Origin: a virus
Taxonomy: Duplodnaviria > Heunggongvirae > Uroviricota > Caudoviricetes
Reading direction: 5' to 3' (one strand)
Length of the DNA stretch: 9,464 bases
Virus record (IMG/VR): IMGVR_UViG_3300029703_000118
Location: 1 to 9,464 of that record
Shown here: positions 7,087 to 9,464 of the stretch, piece after piece
Layout of the letters: every line of letters starts with the position of its first letter
Numbering within the stretch: the stretch's first letter is position 1
The notes under the pieces: generated by a model
What the model saw: only the letters and a program-made list of their open reading frames with translations
Told to the model about the DNA's origin: nothing
The model's database searches: none
Program-made: the position numbers and the translations under genes

Positions 7087-7767
7087 TTATCCCTGTCGAC
7101 CAATAACCACGACCTTTCCGCCCCCGCCTTCATCACGGGTACTGATGTCCTGGGATATACGGCGGGAGCCAACCAGCATTTCCCCGTAAGGCACCGGCAT
7201 CGGGTTACCCTGGGCAATCATGTTGTCCAGTGAGGAAAAGTACGTGTTCTGTCTGCCGTTATCCGTTGCGCGGTAATCCGGTGTTTTTGCCTTCGGGGCC
7301 AGCATCTGGGCCACACCACCCAGAATCATGCTGGCTCCAAGTGAAAACAGCATCGTGGTGGCAGAAAAACCACCGGCTGCCAGGGCTGAACCCCATAACG
7401 CCATCGTGGCTCCGGCAGTGAAGAAAGAGCCCACGATGGCCGCCGCCCCCAGCACAATCTGCAGTCCGCCCTTTCCGGCACCGGCCAGTCGCGGCACAAT
7501 ATGGATGACCGTTCCCTCACCCAGTGGTTCGTGAAGGCGGGCATACACCGCCTCCGGTGCCGTGTCATCACCGGCAATACGTATCTGGTACCAGCCTTCG
7601 TTCATCTGACGGCGAAAGCCCGGCACCTGCAGCGACAGGGCACGGATGGCTTCCGCTGCCGTGTTCACATACAGGCTGATGCGGCGACCAAATCGTTGTA
7701 AATCCCCGTGAAGGCAGATGCGGACCAGTGGCGGTGACGCCAGACAGAATGCGTTCGTCGTTGCCAT
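7087..7767 (-). CDS. I: Tail tip assembly protein I, 226 aa
   Basis: Similarity to lambda I as I recall it (ARICL.GDLQRFGRRI, GWYQ.RIAG, IHIVPR.AGA, SLGASM.LGGVAQMLAPKA.TP, DNG.QNTYFSSLDNM.AQGN, YGEM.VGSR). ATG at 7767..7765. It overlaps the 3' end of K by 103 nt in another frame, as in lambda. Confidence 0.92.
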   Translation of the reverse strand: MATTNAFCLASPPLVRICLHGDLQRFGRRISLYVNTAAEAIRALSLQVPGFRRQMNEGWYQIRIAGDDTAPEAVYARLHEPLGEGTVIHIVPRLAGAGKGGLQIVLGAAAIVGSFFTAGATMALWGSALAAGGFSATTMLFSLGASMILGGVAQMLAPKAKTPDYRATDNGRQNTYFSSLDNMIAQGNPMPVPYGEMLVGSRRISQDISTRDEGGGGKVVVIGRQG

Positions 7768-8408
7768 TTTTCGGAATACCTCTCTCGTTTGCTCAGTTGT
7801 TCAGGAATATGGTGCAGCAGCTCGCCATCACCACAGTAAATGGCGGCATGATTCGGCACCGATGAACCAAAACAGCACAGCAGCACATCGCCCGGTTGTG
7901 CTGATGACAACGGCACCTGATACAGCCCTGTGGCCTCCAGATTATCCAGGTACAGGTTCTGGCCGTTGCGCCACCAGTCATCCTCGCGATGAAAATCCGG
8001 CATATCAATTCCCGCCAGATGATAAGCATCCCGGAACAGCGTGTAACAGTCCGTCACCCCGTGCTCAAAGCGCCGTCCCGTCAGGTGTGGCACACAGCGG
8101 AATTTGTGAATGTCACCCCGGCAGACCAGCCACCAGGGCAGTGCGCTTTTTATCTGCAGCCGCCGGTCAGCCTCGCTCAGCCAGGGCAGCCCACCGGGAT
8201 GACTGTGGACCAGTGCCACAATCTCCCCCGACATCTCTGCCCGCAGCCAGTCTTCCGGTGCGATACGAAAATACGCCTCAGGCTCTGCAGAGATATTCAC
8301 GCACGGCTGGTACTGGTTGCCCTCCGGCGTGCTTATCACGAAGCCGCACGACTCCGCAGGCGCACACCGCCGGGCATGCGCCAGAATCGCTGATTCAGTC
8401 TGTGTCAT
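7665..8408 (-). CDS. K: Tail tip assembly protein K, 247 aa, with an N-terminal JAMM/MPN+ motif and a C-terminal NlpC/P60-like Cys/His region
   Basis: I place the start at the ATG at 8408..8406, 10 nt after the L stop. The longer ORF in the track (from 8669) would overlap L by about 250 nt and is rejected. The JAMM signature HSHPGGLPWLSEAD (H-x-H-x7-S-x2-D) is intact. The NlpC/P60-like residues are Cys in DCYTL and His in NHAAIY plus LLHH. Confidence 0.9.
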   Translation of the reverse strand: MTQTESAILAHARRCAPAESCGFVISTPEGNQYQPCVNISAEPEAYFRIAPEDWLRAEMSGEIVALVHSHPGGLPWLSEADRRLQIKSALPWWLVCRGDIHKFRCVPHLTGRRFEHGVTDCYTLFRDAYHLAGIDMPDFHREDDWWRNGQNLYLDNLEATGLYQVPLSSAQPGDVLLCCFGSSVPNHAAIYCGDGELLHHIPEQLSKRERYSEKWQRRTHSVWRHRHWSASAFTGIYNDLVAASACM

Positions 8409-8418
8409 AAACCGGGAT

Positions 8419-9117
8419 TTACTGCGAAAGTTTATTAATGGAAAGGAAACCGCCAAAATTGCCGACATTCCTGCGCAGTTCACACCCGCGCATGCACTTG
8501 CTGCATCTGTCCTTACGGATATCCGTGGTGGGTTTATCGAACTCATCCGCCACAGCCCCGCCCGTGTAACCACACTCATCAGAGCGGTAGGTCCACATAC
8601 AGGTGTTCGCCAGCATGATACGACCGGGAAACAGCGCCCCGTCCGTCTCGGTCGGTGTGGCCAGCACAAACGAGGCCGTCATGGCTGTCAGCTGCGACAT
8701 CTGCTCCACCACCCAGCGGTCACTCAGCTCCTGCTCCGGGTCCGCCTCCGGATTGCCCGCAACGAAATTCACCGCATCCAGAAAACGGGCATACACCCGG
8801 CGGCGGACCACCGTGGCCCCCACCAGGCTCTGCAAATCCTCCGCCATTCCGGTGACAAGACCAAACAGATTGGACACCGTCAGCAACGGTCTGGCACTGC
8901 TGCCCTTCCCGTTCATCTCAAAGCCGCTGCCCTCAATCGGGTACGCCTGATATTGCCGCCCCTGCCAGGTGACCGGCTCCCCTTTTTCATTCAGCTCATT
9001 GCAGAAAAAATACCGCTCACCGCCCTGTACCGTCAGGTCGATTTCCCAGAGCACCACCCGCGGTGACTGCTCTGATTTAACCGACTCGTTCAGACTTTCT
9101 TCGTGAATATCCTGCAT
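8419..9117 (-). CDS. L: Tail tip protein L, 232 aa
   Basis: Same length as lambda L and similar along the protein as I recall it (VVLWEIDLT, GGERYFFCNE.NEKGEPVTWQGRQYQ.YPI, C-terminal NVGNFGGFLSINKLSQ). Its ATG at 9117..9115 overlaps the M stop (ATGA). Confidence 0.93.
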   Translation of the reverse strand: MQDIHEESLNESVKSEQSPRVVLWEIDLTVQGGERYFFCNELNEKGEPVTWQGRQYQAYPIEGSGFEMNGKGSSARPLLTVSNLFGLVTGMAEDLQSLVGATVVRRRVYARFLDAVNFVAGNPEADPEQELSDRWVVEQMSQLTAMTASFVLATPTETDGALFPGRIMLANTCMWTYRSDECGYTGGAVADEFDKPTTDIRKDRCSKCMRGCELRRNVGNFGGFLSINKLSQ

Positions 9118-9446
9118 CAGTTCACCACCTGCTTAAACTCCGCGCTGAACTCAACGCGCAACATCCCGACCCGCGCAGACCACCCGGCACAGGTCACCTT
9201 TATCTGCCGGTATGCATAGGGTGGCTTCCACAAAAATGCCTTCCAGCCACCGTGCTCTGCCAGGAACGCTTCCAGATGACGGGCCTCCTCCCGGGTCACG
9301 GAAAGCATCACCCGGTATGTTTTCAGGTCAGCATTCAGCCCTGCCGCCATACGCTGTGAGTACCCGTCACCAAAACGCACTTCACGCACCGATGGCTGCG
9401 AGTTCACCTCCATATCCGGCTTCACTTTCCAGCGAAATGTTTTCAT
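9117..9446 (-). CDS. M: Tail tip assembly protein M, 109 aa
   Basis: Same length as lambda M and similar as I recall it (MKTFRWKVKP, VRFGDGYSQR, LKTY, IKVTCA.WS.RV.MLRVEFSAEF.QVVN). Its ATG at 9446..9444 overlaps the TGA of the upstream gene. Confidence 0.93.
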   Translation of the reverse strand: MKTFRWKVKPDMEVNSQPSVREVRFGDGYSQRMAAGLNADLKTYRVMLSVTREEARHLEAFLAEHGGWKAFLWKPPYAYRQIKVTCAGWSARVGMLRVEFSAEFKQVVN

Positions 9447-9464
9447 CGCCCGCTCCCCGATAAC
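9443..9464 (-). CDS. H: 3' end (last 7 codons) of the upstream gene, expected from synteny to be the tape-measure protein H; truncated by the window edge
   Basis: A minus-strand frame reads ...LSGSGR then TGA at 9445..9443, overlapping the M ATG exactly as the lambda H/M junction does. The call rests on synteny; seven codons carry no diagnostic sequence. Confidence 0.4.

Larger units (their letters stand above)
398..9464 (-). mobile_element. Distal tail module of a lambda-like (lambdoid) phage/prophage: H(3' end)-M-L-K-I-J-lom-stf-tfa-like
   Basis: Nine consecutive minus-strand genes in the order of the lambda late tail region. Lambda-like junctions are present: ATGA overlaps at H/M and M/L, and a 103-nt out-of-frame K/I overlap. 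Protein similarity to lambda M, L, K, I, J, Lom and the Stf N-terminus was recognised by eye, not by alignment. Confidence 0.9.

Noticed and set aside
8409-8669. Upstream extension of the K ORF to 8669 (334 aa)
   Set aside because: It would overlap the 3' end of L by about 250 nt, and the extension is Cys/Arg-rich with no homology. The ATG at 8408 sits 10 nt after the L stop and begins the conserved sequence.
7230-9066. Plus-strand ORFs antisense to I, K and L (7230..7421, 7718..8410, 7989..8393, 8317..9066, 8603..8950)
   Set aside because: They are antisense to conserved tail genes and have biased Pro/Arg/Ala composition, so they are frame artefacts.

Overview
This window is the distal tail-morphogenesis module of a lambda-like (lambdoid) phage or prophage, with every convincing gene on the minus strand. 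Reading right to left: the last codons of the tape-measure gene H, then M, L, K, I, J (host-specificity tail tip protein), the lom outer-membrane moron, a collagen-like side tail fibre (stf), and a 193-aa protein in the tfa position. Calls rest on synteny, lambda-like gene overlaps and by-eye similarity of the translated ORFs to lambda proteins as I remember them; no database search was run. Intrinsic terminators on the minus strand follow I, J and lom. The most interesting feature is a roughly 250-bp I-J spacer (lambda has about 60 bp as I recall) that carries a near-consensus plus-strand promoter and a strong plus-strand terminator, bracketing a roughly 100-nt candidate small RNA convergent with the tail operon. 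The leftmost ~400 bp are AT-rich with no convincing gene but hold three tandem plus-strand terminator-like hairpins, a degenerate direct repeat and a perfect 9-bp inverted repeat. The long plus-strand ORFs in the track are antisense artefacts of GC-rich coding DNA. No tRNA, rRNA, CRISPR array or insertion sequence was seen.
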